Source: Spirochaetota bacterium (lineage in GTDB: Bacteria; Spirochaetota; UBA4802; UBA5550). Taken from it: 64,000 nt of DNA. Below, piece after piece: positions 11,203 through 19,108 of this stretch. Position 1 is the first letter of the stretch, and every line of letters starts with the position of its first letter. Both the position numbers and the translations under genes were made by a program. A model generated the notes under the pieces. That model was not told where the DNA came from. It did not search any database and saw only the letters and a program-made list of their open reading frames with translations. The DNA lies in assembly GCA_963663865.1 (NCBI GenBank), contig OY760686.1:2272001-2336000 (forward strand). Reading direction: 5' to 3'.

Positions 11203-12294
11203 CTACAAAGGACTCCTTATATTATTAAGTGAAGGATTTTTACAATGCGTATAGATTGACGTAGTAGAAAGGTTCTTGTGGCCTAACAGCACCTGGATAT
11301 ATCGAATATCAATACCGTTTTCAAGAAGATGTGTAGCAAAACTATGCCTAAGGCTATGGCATGAGGCCTTTTTTTTGACTCCAGACCTGTAAAGGGCCAT
11401 CCTGAAAACCTGCTGGATTGTTCGCACAGTTAATTTCTTTTTATCATCAGAATGAAAGTTTGAAACAAACAGATAATCCATGGGCCCTTTGTGTTCAATG
11501 TATTCTTGAAGCTGTGATTTAAGAGATTCAGAAAAGATAGTTAACCTGTCTTTTTTCCCTTTTCCCTGATTTATCCTGATATTCAGGTTTTCCAGATTGA
11601 TGTCACCTGCCCTTAGATTCACAACCTCGGAAACTCTAAGCCCGGCAGAATATAATAGAGAAATCATTAGCCTGTGTTTTAGATTATTAATTGATTTAAT
11701 AATCTTCAGGACCTCGTTTCTTGTTAATATCTGCGGCAATCCCTTCTCTTTCTTTATCCCATTCATGAAAGAGATATCAATATCTCTGTGCAAGACTTCA
11801 CGAAAATAGAAGAGAAGCGCAAAGCGGTAAATTCTAATCGATGACACAGACACTTTTCTTGTATCAGTCAGATAAAGAAAATATTTATACATATCTGCAG
11901 AGGTAACAGATTCAATTGAAAGATTACATTGAGAATGAAAAAATCCGGCTATCTGAACAAGAGCACCGGAATAATTCTTTAGCGTTTTTGGACTATATCG
12001 TTTCAGCTTCATAAGCTCACAGAATCTGTCATAACCAGAAATCAGATTAGTTACCTGTCGGCGGTCAGGTATACCGGACGTTTTTGTAATGCCTATATCT
12101 TCCAGCATTTTATTGAAAATATAACGGCTTACATTATGGGAATTATAGTAATCCCGAATTAGTTCGATAAACCGGGTATTTTGAGTAATACTTTTACTCA
12201 CAAAAAAGCTGTAAATTTCGCTATTACTGATATACCTGAATGATTTATTGTATTCCCTTTCCATTTCAGTCAGCAGTTTCAAATATTCGTCCAT
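11203..12294 (-). CDS. Tyrosine recombinase in the integron-integrase position (SAM-like N-domain), lacking the IntI-specific insertion
   Basis: YSPKTLKNY SAM-like domain; catalytic LLYSAGLR, GKGKKDR, HSLRHSFATHLL, LLGH, IYTH; IntI-like C-terminus IRSPL; GGAGG RBS. Confidence 0.93.
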   Translation of the reverse strand: MDEYLKLLTEMEREYNKSFRYISNSEIYSFFVSKSITQNTRFIELIRDYYNSHNVSRYIFNKMLEDIGITKTSGIPDRRQVTNLISGYDRFCELMKLKRYSPKTLKNYSGALVQIAGFFHSQCNLSIESVTSADMYKYFLYLTDTRKVSVSSIRIYRFALLFYFREVLHRDIDISFMNGIKKEKGLPQILTRNEVLKIIKSINNLKHRLMISLLYSAGLRVSEVVNLRAGDINLENLNIRINQGKGKKDRLTIFSESLKSQLQEYIEHKGPMDYLFVSNFHSDDKKKLTVRTIQQVFRMALYRSGVKKKASCHSLRHSFATHLLENGIDIRYIQVLLGHKNLSTTSIYTHCKNPSLNNIRSPL

Positions 12295-12416
12295 ATCTTA
12301 TCCTCCAACTTAAGCTTAACCGAATATTTTATGCAGTTTGTCTTACTTTTTTGAATTATTTACGAATATTAATTGATTTTTATATATTTTTAAGCTGAGA
12401 ATGTTAAATGAAATTT

Positions 12417-12440
12417 TTGTGCAGACAATGATAGTTGTGC
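12417..12440 (+). other. Candidate attI site (crossover G|TT at 12434/12435)
   Basis: GCAGAC-AATGATA-GTTGTGC; the sequence from GTT onward is complementary to the 3' end of cassette 1, and no attC hairpin precedes it. Confidence 0.7.
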
Positions 12441-12469
12441 GCAATTTTTAAAATAATATCAGGTGTACT

Positions 12470-13354
12470 ATGAGCAGAAAACCAGGAAGATATTATGTAC
12501 ATAGAGTTTCTAAAATTGGTGATGTACCTGTTGAAAAAATATTAGATTCTATTATTAATTCAACATACATTCACTATAATAGCTACAAGTTTGCTTTTAC
12601 GGGTACTATATTAGAAGAAGATTATATTTTTTCATTCTTAACTAAATATTATCCTGAAGATGAAGTAACTATCGTTGACGAGTCAACATCACATATTGAA
12701 CAGAAAAAACAAGAAATTAAAAATTTGGTTAAAGCTGTTTGTCCATTTATTTTTATACCGAAAAAATCAATAATTGCTCATTTACATGTATGGAATGAAA
12801 TTACACCAGAAAATTTTGCCAAAATATTTCCAGTGCTACATGATGTTAAGCATAACACTATGTTCAGTGAAATAGTCATTGAACCTATTGCTGATTTAGA
12901 AGCATTTCTTAATAAACTTACAAAGATGACAGAAATTTCAAAAATAAAATCACGAATATATCCGTCAAATCCTCATTATAGTAAATATTGGAAGCTCCTT
13001 GATGAGTATTTAAAAAAGAGAAATGTCCAAGAAATGAATCTTTCTGAAGAATCAAAACTGGGTGGTTTAAAAACCCCGTTAGTTGAGGCAACGCAAAAAA
13101 TTCTAGATAATGAAGACATCCATGACATAGAAGACCTAAATTTAATTGAAATAAGTGTAATCATGGCTACAGATGGGTATGGCAATTCTGAAATACAAGG
13201 AAAGATCGATGGAGTTGAAGAAGCTATTTTTACAAACAAGAGTAATTTTACCTTTTTATTTGAGAAAGAACCATCTCATGAATTATTATACAAGAAAGTC
13301 GAAAAAATAGTAAAAAGAATTGAAAAGGAAAGGGGACTTCTCAGTGATGAATAA
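12470..13354 (+). CDS. Cassette 1 gene A, hypothetical soluble protein (DUF4747-like by recall)
   Basis: 294 aa ORF with RBS; PSNP and ATDGYG motifs. Confidence 0.55.
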   Translation: MSRKPGRYYVHRVSKIGDVPVEKILDSIINSTYIHYNSYKFAFTGTILEEDYIFSFLTKYYPEDEVTIVDESTSHIEQKKQEIKNLVKAVCPFIFIPKKSIIAHLHVWNEITPENFAKIFPVLHDVKHNTMFSEIVIEPIADLEAFLNKLTKMTEISKIKSRIYPSNPHYSKYWKLLDEYLKKRNVQEMNLSEESKLGGLKTPLVEATQKILDNEDIHDIEDLNLIEISVIMATDGYGNSEIQGKIDGVEEAIFTNKSNFTFLFEKEPSHELLYKKVEKIVKRIEKERGLLSDE

Positions 13355-13841
13355 TAAATTAATCCTCTTTTTTAGAGAATTTTTTTTATCATTTGATTTT
13401 ATTGTTTTTTTGATTTCGATGCTTGTTGTTATAATTAACAAATTAGACATTGAGTTTTTTGAAATATTTTACAGATTTATACTAACAGACAATAAAATAC
13501 TCTCAATTTCAATAATTGTTGTCTTCCATGTCTCAATATTATTTTATTGCATAAAGGCATACAATATGATTTTATTTCCCGATGATAAATTTAATAAGAT
13601 ATTAATTGAATTTGAGTTTTACGATGAATTAAAAATTACAGCATTGGTTTCTATACTAGAACCAGTGATTGCAATATTGATTATGCTTTATTTGCTGATT
13701 TTTGATCTTCAAACAATTATAACAAATAAAGCTATTTTGATCCTTGGGTTAGTATTTTATTCTTTGGTAGACTCAATTACTACTTTTTTTGCACAAAATA
13801 AAATTAAAGAATCACTTTATAAATTTGATCCATATGAATAA
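13347..13841 (+). CDS. Cassette 1 gene B, ~4-TM membrane protein
   Basis: Four hydrophobic segments; ATG 13347 overlaps the gene A stop (ORF track starts at 13320). Confidence 0.7.
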   Translation: MNNKLILFFREFFLSFDFIVFLISMLVVIINKLDIEFFEIFYRFILTDNKILSISIIVVFHVSILFYCIKAYNMILFPDDKFNKILIEFEFYDELKITALVSILEPVIAILIMLYLLIFDLQTIITNKAILILGLVFYSLVDSITTFFAQNKIKESLYKFDPYE

Positions 13842-13860
13842 CATAACTTTTAAAAACTGC

Positions 13861-14021
13861 GCACAACAAATCGTAACAGCTCCGGTCCTCAAGCAGCAGA
13901 GCTGCTTTCCGGTCCTCGGCCTGACGGCACATTGCATTTTGTCACGGATTTGTGCGTTCGCACAAACCGCGCCAACTGGCTAAAGCCAGACATGCAACGT
14001 CAGTTACGATAAACGTTATAT
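13861..14021 (+). other. attC-like site 1
   Basis: GCACAAC...GTTATAT with ATCGTAAC/GTTACGAT inner arms; 161 bp; GC-rich. Confidence 0.82.
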
Positions 14022-14054
14022 GAAAGACGGGCTAAATTTATTAAGGTGTACACA

Positions 14055-14669
14055 ATGAATGATGGTATAAAAGCATTCTATGATGCAACTGCGAAATTTA
14101 CAGCAGATGAATGGTATCCTAACGATTTATTATTGCCAACCATTGCTGATTTTATTTCTGTATTAACAAAAAAACCGTTGGTGCTTGATCTTGGATGTGG
14201 TCCTGGACATGAAAGTAAAAGATTATCAAAGGCTGGTGCAATTGTCACAGGAATAGATTTTAGTGAAGAATGTATTGATATAGCGAAGCAGAGAAGCCCA
14301 GAGTGTAATTTTGTAGTAGGGGATATCAGATCTCTGACTAAAGATATTGGAATTTTTGATGGGATATTTGCTTGTGCATCATTGATACATTTTCCTATGG
14401 ACGAATTATCATTCGTTTTTAAAAGCATTAATGCTATTCTTAAATATAATGGTTATTTAAACATAATAATATTAGATGGTGAAGGAGTAAGTAAAAAGTA
14501 TAGTAATTTAGAATTTGAAGGTAAAAAATATAATAGAACCGTATATCTTTATAGTAAAGATTTTATTATAAATGAGGCTGTGCAACAAGGTTTTTCATTT
14601 GTTCGTGAAGGATTTCTTGAAGAAGAATTGAAGGAATATGACTGGAGAAATTATTTATTTAAAAAATAA
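14055..14669 (+). CDS. Cassette 2, class I SAM-dependent methyltransferase
   Basis: VLDLGCGPG, GIDFS, FDGIFACASLIH motifs; alternative GTG start at 14046. Confidence 0.9.
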   Translation: MNDGIKAFYDATAKFTADEWYPNDLLLPTIADFISVLTKKPLVLDLGCGPGHESKRLSKAGAIVTGIDFSEECIDIAKQRSPECNFVVGDIRSLTKDIGIFDGIFACASLIHFPMDELSFVFKSINAILKYNGYLNIIILDGEGVSKKYSNLEFEGKKYNRTVYLYSKDFIINEAVQQGFSFVREGFLEEELKEYDWRNYLFKK

Positions 14670-14692
14670 TTTATTCTATTAGCCCGTCCTTC

Positions 14693-14790
14693 ATATAACA
14701 AAGCTTATGCGCTTCACTCGCTTTCGCTCGTTCGGGCTTCGCCAAATCGCGCAAAAGGCCGCGCAACGTCGTTTAGCCAAGACGTTAGGC
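14693..14790 (+). other. attC-like site 2
   Basis: ATATAAC...GTTAGGC, 98 bp, imperfect inverted arms. Confidence 0.8.
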
Positions 14791-14818
14791 GACATGACGC
14801 ACTTTAATTATTGGAGGT

Positions 14819-15748
14819 ATGAACTTGTCACTTTTAAGGGATATTCAAGATGCAGCAATAAATTCTGGAATTGAAATTTCAACTGTTTTGCGCAAGTGTA
14901 AAGTTCTATCTGCCCGACTTGGCAATAGTGAATTTAAAAGATGGGTTGATCAAGAATTGAATGGTTACGAAAGTATCGATGATTTACCAAGTTATCGTAT
15001 TTTAACTGTCCAATCAAAAGGACATTTCTCAGGCCCCTTTGGTAGTGGCATAAAGAATGGTGATATACCCTTAATCTGCTTACCTAAAGAATTAAGAGAA
15101 TCTTTAAGCAAAGCTTATTGTACTCAACCAATTTCAGCCTATGAAGCATTAATAAAATCATCAAAAGGCGATAATTTTCAAGAACAATGGCCACCCGATT
15201 TAGTTGCATTATATGGTGGTGAAATTTATCAGAACATGAGCTGCATGACAGCATGGAAAACAATTCCTTATGGATTAATAGTTGCATTAATTGATACTGT
15301 TAGAAATCGAGTTTTGAATTTTGTAATAGAACTAGAATCTGAATCACCTGATGCAGGTGAATCACCAATCAATAAACCATCAATATCACGGGATAAAATT
15401 GCACATGTTTTCAATACTACCATATATGGAAATGTCGGAAATATTGCAGATGGAAGCTCAAATATAAATCAAACTGCAACATTAAATGTTCACAAAGATG
15501 ATCTTTCAAGTTTAAGGACAGAACTAGGAAAACTTGGGATACCTCAAGCAGAACTTGATGAATTAGAAATATCAATCAAAGCTGATGATAAAAAAGAAGT
15601 AATAAAAAATAAAAATCTTGGTTTACAAGTTACTAATTGGCTTGGTGGATTATTTACTAAATCGGCCAAAGGAGTTATTCCTGTACTTCAGGGACTAACT
15701 GCAAATATGATTACAAAAGCTTTATTTTTATATTATGGAATTGAATGA
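14819..15748 (+). CDS. Cassette 3, AbiTii-domain protein
   Basis: N-terminal LRKCKVLSARL...WVDQELNGY...LPSYR signature of AbiTii. Confidence 0.8.
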   Translation: MNLSLLRDIQDAAINSGIEISTVLRKCKVLSARLGNSEFKRWVDQELNGYESIDDLPSYRILTVQSKGHFSGPFGSGIKNGDIPLICLPKELRESLSKAYCTQPISAYEALIKSSKGDNFQEQWPPDLVALYGGEIYQNMSCMTAWKTIPYGLIVALIDTVRNRVLNFVIELESESPDAGESPINKPSISRDKIAHVFNTTIYGNVGNIADGSSNINQTATLNVHKDDLSSLRTELGKLGIPQAELDELEISIKADDKKEVIKNKNLGLQVTNWLGGLFTKSAKGVIPVLQGLTANMITKALFLYYGIE

Positions 15749-15761
15749 AGTGCGTCACGTC

Positions 15762-15905
15762 GCCTAACACGGCGTCATGCGCTTCGTCGCTGCGCTCCTC
15801 GGCCTCCTCGGCCTCCGCGCCCAAGATATGAAGACGGGCGCTCCGGCACATTTTCACCTCCGCTGCGCTAAGGTGAAAACGTCGTATACGCCGGTGGCGT
15901 TATAT
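15762..15905 (+). other. attC-like site 3
   Basis: GCCTAAC...GTTATAT, 144 bp; CGGCGT(C)ATGCG / CGTATACGCCG arms. Confidence 0.85.
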
Positions 15906-15987
15906 GAAATGCGGCTTAACAGATTTTAAAGATCCGGCCATCCATGGCCGGTTATAAATAAATCAACTCTATATTTAGAGGAAAATT

Positions 15988-16572
15988 ATGTCAAAAAATG
16001 AAATAATTATTAAGCTGTTATCAATGTTATTCGAAAGAAATGAAGCATATCACGATCAAAAAGAAAAAATGATTCATGCTGGAGTTTTAATCGAAATTGG
16101 TTTATTAACTGGAATCACATCCTTAAATAAACTTCCATTTGACTGTATTAGTTTAAATATTATAATATTTATTTTATTATGGCTTATCATTTATTCTTTC
16201 ATTCGATTCCATTCTCTTTATAAAAGAACTGCTGCAGTTTATCGTATAGCATATGAACGAGCTCTATGGTTGTGTTATAATGATTCACCAAAAAATAATA
16301 ATACTAAACTTAACAAGAAAAAAAATGAAAGTAAATTATCAAAGACAAAAATAATTCTATCGTTTCTATTCCCATTCTATAATGATAATTTGTTTTTAGA
16401 TTCAGATGTAACAAAAGCAGAACGTAATAATGCATATTATTCAAATTTCTTTTATGAAATTTTAGATAAATCAAGAAATGAACATGTTGGAGCAACTAAT
16501 TATGAAGTTATAATTTCCATAGGAAGTATAATAATTTTAATTATAGGAATAATAAAAATTGTATTATTTTAA
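15988..16572 (+). CDS. Cassette 4, hypothetical membrane protein
   Basis: 194 aa with about 3 hydrophobic helices; GAGG RBS. Confidence 0.7.
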   Translation: MSKNEIIIKLLSMLFERNEAYHDQKEKMIHAGVLIEIGLLTGITSLNKLPFDCISLNIIIFILLWLIIYSFIRFHSLYKRTAAVYRIAYERALWLCYNDSPKNNNTKLNKKKNESKLSKTKIILSFLFPFYNDNLFLDSDVTKAERNNAYYSNFFYEILDKSRNEHVGATNYEVIISIGSIIILIIGIIKIVLF

Positions 16573-16642
16573 AATATTTTTCTTTAATATTAGCTCGTAC
16601 ATCCGTGTACTCGCTAACTATGTGCTACAAGCGCCGCACTTC

Positions 16643-16776
16643 ATATAACACGGCGTCATGCGCTTCGTCGCTGCGCTCCTCGGCCTCCGCGCCCACAATA
16701 TGAAGACGGGCGCTCTGGCACATTTTCACCTTCGCTGCGCTGCGGTGAAAACGTCGCATACGCCGGAACGTTATGC
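16643..16776 (+). other. attC-like site 4
   Basis: ATATAAC...GTTATGC, 134 bp; near-identical to site 3; extrahelical C in the left arm. Confidence 0.87.
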
Positions 16777-16815
16777 GAAAGAGCCCGTTGAACTTTTTTA
16801 TAAAAGGAGACTAAT

Positions 16816-17439
16816 TTGAGTCAATATATAATTGTTGGGAATACAAGGTATTTTTGTGAGAAAACAATTGATTGCTACGAAAATCTTCTCCGCCTTGATA
16901 AACAGTTACATGAAGAAAAAGAACGAAAATCTCGCGATGACGCAATTTATGATGATTTCGAATTAAGTTTTAAGGAGGGACGATTAGCAAAGGATTTATT
17001 AAAAGAAAAGATGTCTATGATCGTTTTTGCTTCGTTTACGATTGAATCATATATTAACGGATACGCAATATACAGTCTAGGAAATAAATATTTTGAAGAT
17101 CATTTAGAAAAAATAAATATTAAAAATAAATGGATTGTATTTCCAAAACTAATTTGTGGTTCAGATTTTCCAAAAGACAAGAAAAGCTGGAATTTACTTG
17201 ATAAATTAATTGATAACAGAAATAAATTAGCACATGATAAACCAAAACGAATTAAGGTTGATGAAATTGATTCATTAAAAAGGAATACTAAAGTAAAACA
17301 TATTTCACCAAGTGAAATTATTGATGCTTTTTATGAACTACAGAAAGATTTAATCTCAATCGATGAAAGCATATCTGAATATTTAATGATTGATGGGTAT
17401 AATAATAAAAGGATTGAAAAATTAAAAAAATCTTCTTAA
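16816..17439 (+). CDS. Cassette 5, HEPN-like protein (putative RNase)
   Basis: Helical protein with IESYIN and RNKLAH (Rx4H) motifs; TTG start after AAGGAG. Confidence 0.6.
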   Translation: MSQYIIVGNTRYFCEKTIDCYENLLRLDKQLHEEKERKSRDDAIYDDFELSFKEGRLAKDLLKEKMSMIVFASFTIESYINGYAIYSLGNKYFEDHLEKINIKNKWIVFPKLICGSDFPKDKKSWNLLDKLIDNRNKLAHDKPKRIKVDEIDSLKRNTKVKHISPSEIIDAFYELQKDLISIDESISEYLMIDGYNNKRIEKLKKSS

Positions 17440-17456
17440 TAATTACGGGCTCCATC

Positions 17457-17575
17457 GGACAACAAAGCTTACACGCTGCGTCGCTATCGGTCCTTGGCAC
17501 TCGCCTTGAGAAGCATGCTCGGCAAATTGGCTTCCCTTACGCTTCGCCGACTTCGTGTAGCCGCGGGCGTTAGGC
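17457..17575 (+). other. attC-like site 5
   Basis: GGACAAC...GTTAGGC, 119 bp; GCT(T)ACACG / CGTGTAGC arms. Confidence 0.8.
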
Positions 17576-17596
17576 GCAATATCAATTGGAGAAGAA

Positions 17597-18097
17597 ATGA
17601 TTCGAGAAGCAATATTATCTGACTCAAATGTAATAGCTGAAATAATTGTAGAGACTTGGCAAAAATCGTTTATTAATATAATTGATCAGAATTACATAGA
17701 GAGCATGGATGTACAACGGTTTGTCAACATAATGAAGGATAATATACAATTGAATAAAGAAATTATATTTGTGTATGAGGAAAATGAAATAATTAAAGGT
17801 TTTATCTCAGGTAAAATCACAGAATATTCTGACCACCAGTGTGAAATAGTTGGTTTTTATATTTTGCCCAAGTATCAACGAATGGGGATTGGCAAAATAT
17901 TATTTCAACAAATTATAGAATATTTTTCTAGGCATAATTATAAAAAAATGATTCTTTGGACTTTGAATAGTGCAAAAAATAATTCATTCTATAAGAATAA
18001 TGGTGGAGAAATTACTGATAAAAAAATATTGGAGATTGGTGGTAAGACGTACGATGGAATAGGATTTTCATTTAATCTTCCCCCTATTTCCAATTGA
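17597..18097 (+). CDS. Cassette 6, GNAT N-acetyltransferase
   Basis: MIREA start, YILPKYQRMGIGK acetyl-CoA motif, FYKNNGG. Confidence 0.92.
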   Translation: MIREAILSDSNVIAEIIVETWQKSFINIIDQNYIESMDVQRFVNIMKDNIQLNKEIIFVYEENEIIKGFISGKITEYSDHQCEIVGFYILPKYQRMGIGKILFQQIIEYFSRHNYKKMILWTLNSAKNNSFYKNNGGEITDKKILEIGGKTYDGIGFSFNLPPISN

Positions 18098-18103
18098 TAC
18101 AGC

Positions 18104-18183
18104 GCCTAACAGAGAATAGGCGTTTCCGCTTCGCTTAACCCAAATTGGCCTGTGGCCAACTTCGTTTAGCCAGGACGTTATAC
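18104..18183 (+). other. attC-like site 6
   Basis: GCCTAAC...GTTATAC, 80 bp; right arm CGTTTAGCCAGGACGTT resembles that of site 2. Confidence 0.75.
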
Positions 18184-18234
18184 GAAATCCGGCAAAACTT
18201 AATTGTGGCACTTTTAACAGAAAAAGGGAACTAA

Positions 18235-18843
18235 ATGAAAGCAAGTGTAATTTTAGCACATCCATACTCTCAGAGCTTCAATCATGCAATATATCAGGCA
18301 GTATGCTCAAAACTTGAGAGTCTGAATATTGAAGTATTTAAACATGATCTATATCAGGAACAATTTAGTCCTATACTTACCGTTGAAGAATTAGGATCGG
18401 ATACTTCAACCGATATTCTTGTAAATCAATATGCATCAGAATTAATGGAATCAACCTTTATTTTTTTTATTCATCCAAATTGGTGGGGACAACCTCCTGC
18501 AATTTTAAAAGGCTATATTGACCGCGTAATTCGTCCACCATATTCATATGATTTCCCAACCGGAGATTCCGGAGGTGGTCTTCCTGTCGGAAAATTGAAA
18601 GGGAAATATGGTATTGTTTTAAATACATCTAATACTGAAGAGGAAAGAGAAAATAATTACTTTAACGATCCGTTGGAAAATATATGGAAACAATGTGTTT
18701 TTGGGTTCTGCGGAATAGAAAAATATTATAGAAAAATGCTTCGAATTATAGCTGATAGCACTTTGGAACAAAGAAATAAATGGATTATAGAAATTAAAGA
18801 AGTAGTTGAAAATGTTATCGGTAATTCGCTGGACATCGCATAA
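18235..18843 (+). CDS. Cassette 7, NAD(P)H:quinone oxidoreductase (flavodoxin-like fold)
   Basis: LAHPYSQSFN, HPNWWGQPPAILKGYIDRV; the stop codon lies inside the inverse core GCATAAC. Confidence 0.9.
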   Translation: MKASVILAHPYSQSFNHAIYQAVCSKLESLNIEVFKHDLYQEQFSPILTVEELGSDTSTDILVNQYASELMESTFIFFIHPNWWGQPPAILKGYIDRVIRPPYSYDFPTGDSGGGLPVGKLKGKYGIVLNTSNTEEERENNYFNDPLENIWKQCVFGFCGIEKYYRKMLRIIADSTLEQRNKWIIEIKEVVENVIGNSLDIA

Positions 18844-18915
18844 CTAGGGATATATTCGACGGCTTCGCCACATTTTTGTGTTGCAAAAACTGATCATATA
18901 CCTGAAACTTTATAG
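18838..18915 (+). other. Degenerate attC-like site 7 (core GTT reads TTT)
   Basis: GCATAAC...AAAC-TTTATAG; AGGGATATAT / ATATACCT arms. Confidence 0.6.
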
Positions 18916-19108
18916 TCAAATGCCCAGCCCCCGTCGGAATGAAATATATTGAAAAACAACTGTCATTCATGCCAGTTGAAACTTAAAGTATTGTTCAGAT
19001 TAAAGAAAGTGACGTTTAAGTGAATATATTAACCTTATTGTGGAATGAATTTTTAATAATTTGTTGATCAACGGCAATGAAAATGCAATTTTATAAAGGA
19101 GGAAAGGT

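Noticed and set aside
11203-12294. Housekeeping XerC/XerD or prophage integrase
   Set aside because: No phage genes or tRNA attachment site; its position divergent from a cassette array and its IRSPL tail fit an integron-like role better.
12300-12430. Cassette promoter (Pc) or LexA box
   Set aside because: The region is very AT-rich; TTGATT at 12373 has no convincing -10 partner and no recognisable SOS box was seen.
15914-15957. GCTTAAC...GTTATAA as an extra mini-attC
   Set aside because: Only 44 bp with no paired L arms; the cassette 4 terminal repeat already maps its start to 15899.
13861-18915. GC-rich spaced repeats considered as a CRISPR array or simple terminators
   Set aside because: Units are 78-161 bp, non-identical, separated by whole genes and bounded by AAC/GTT cores; there are no cas genes and no U-tracts.
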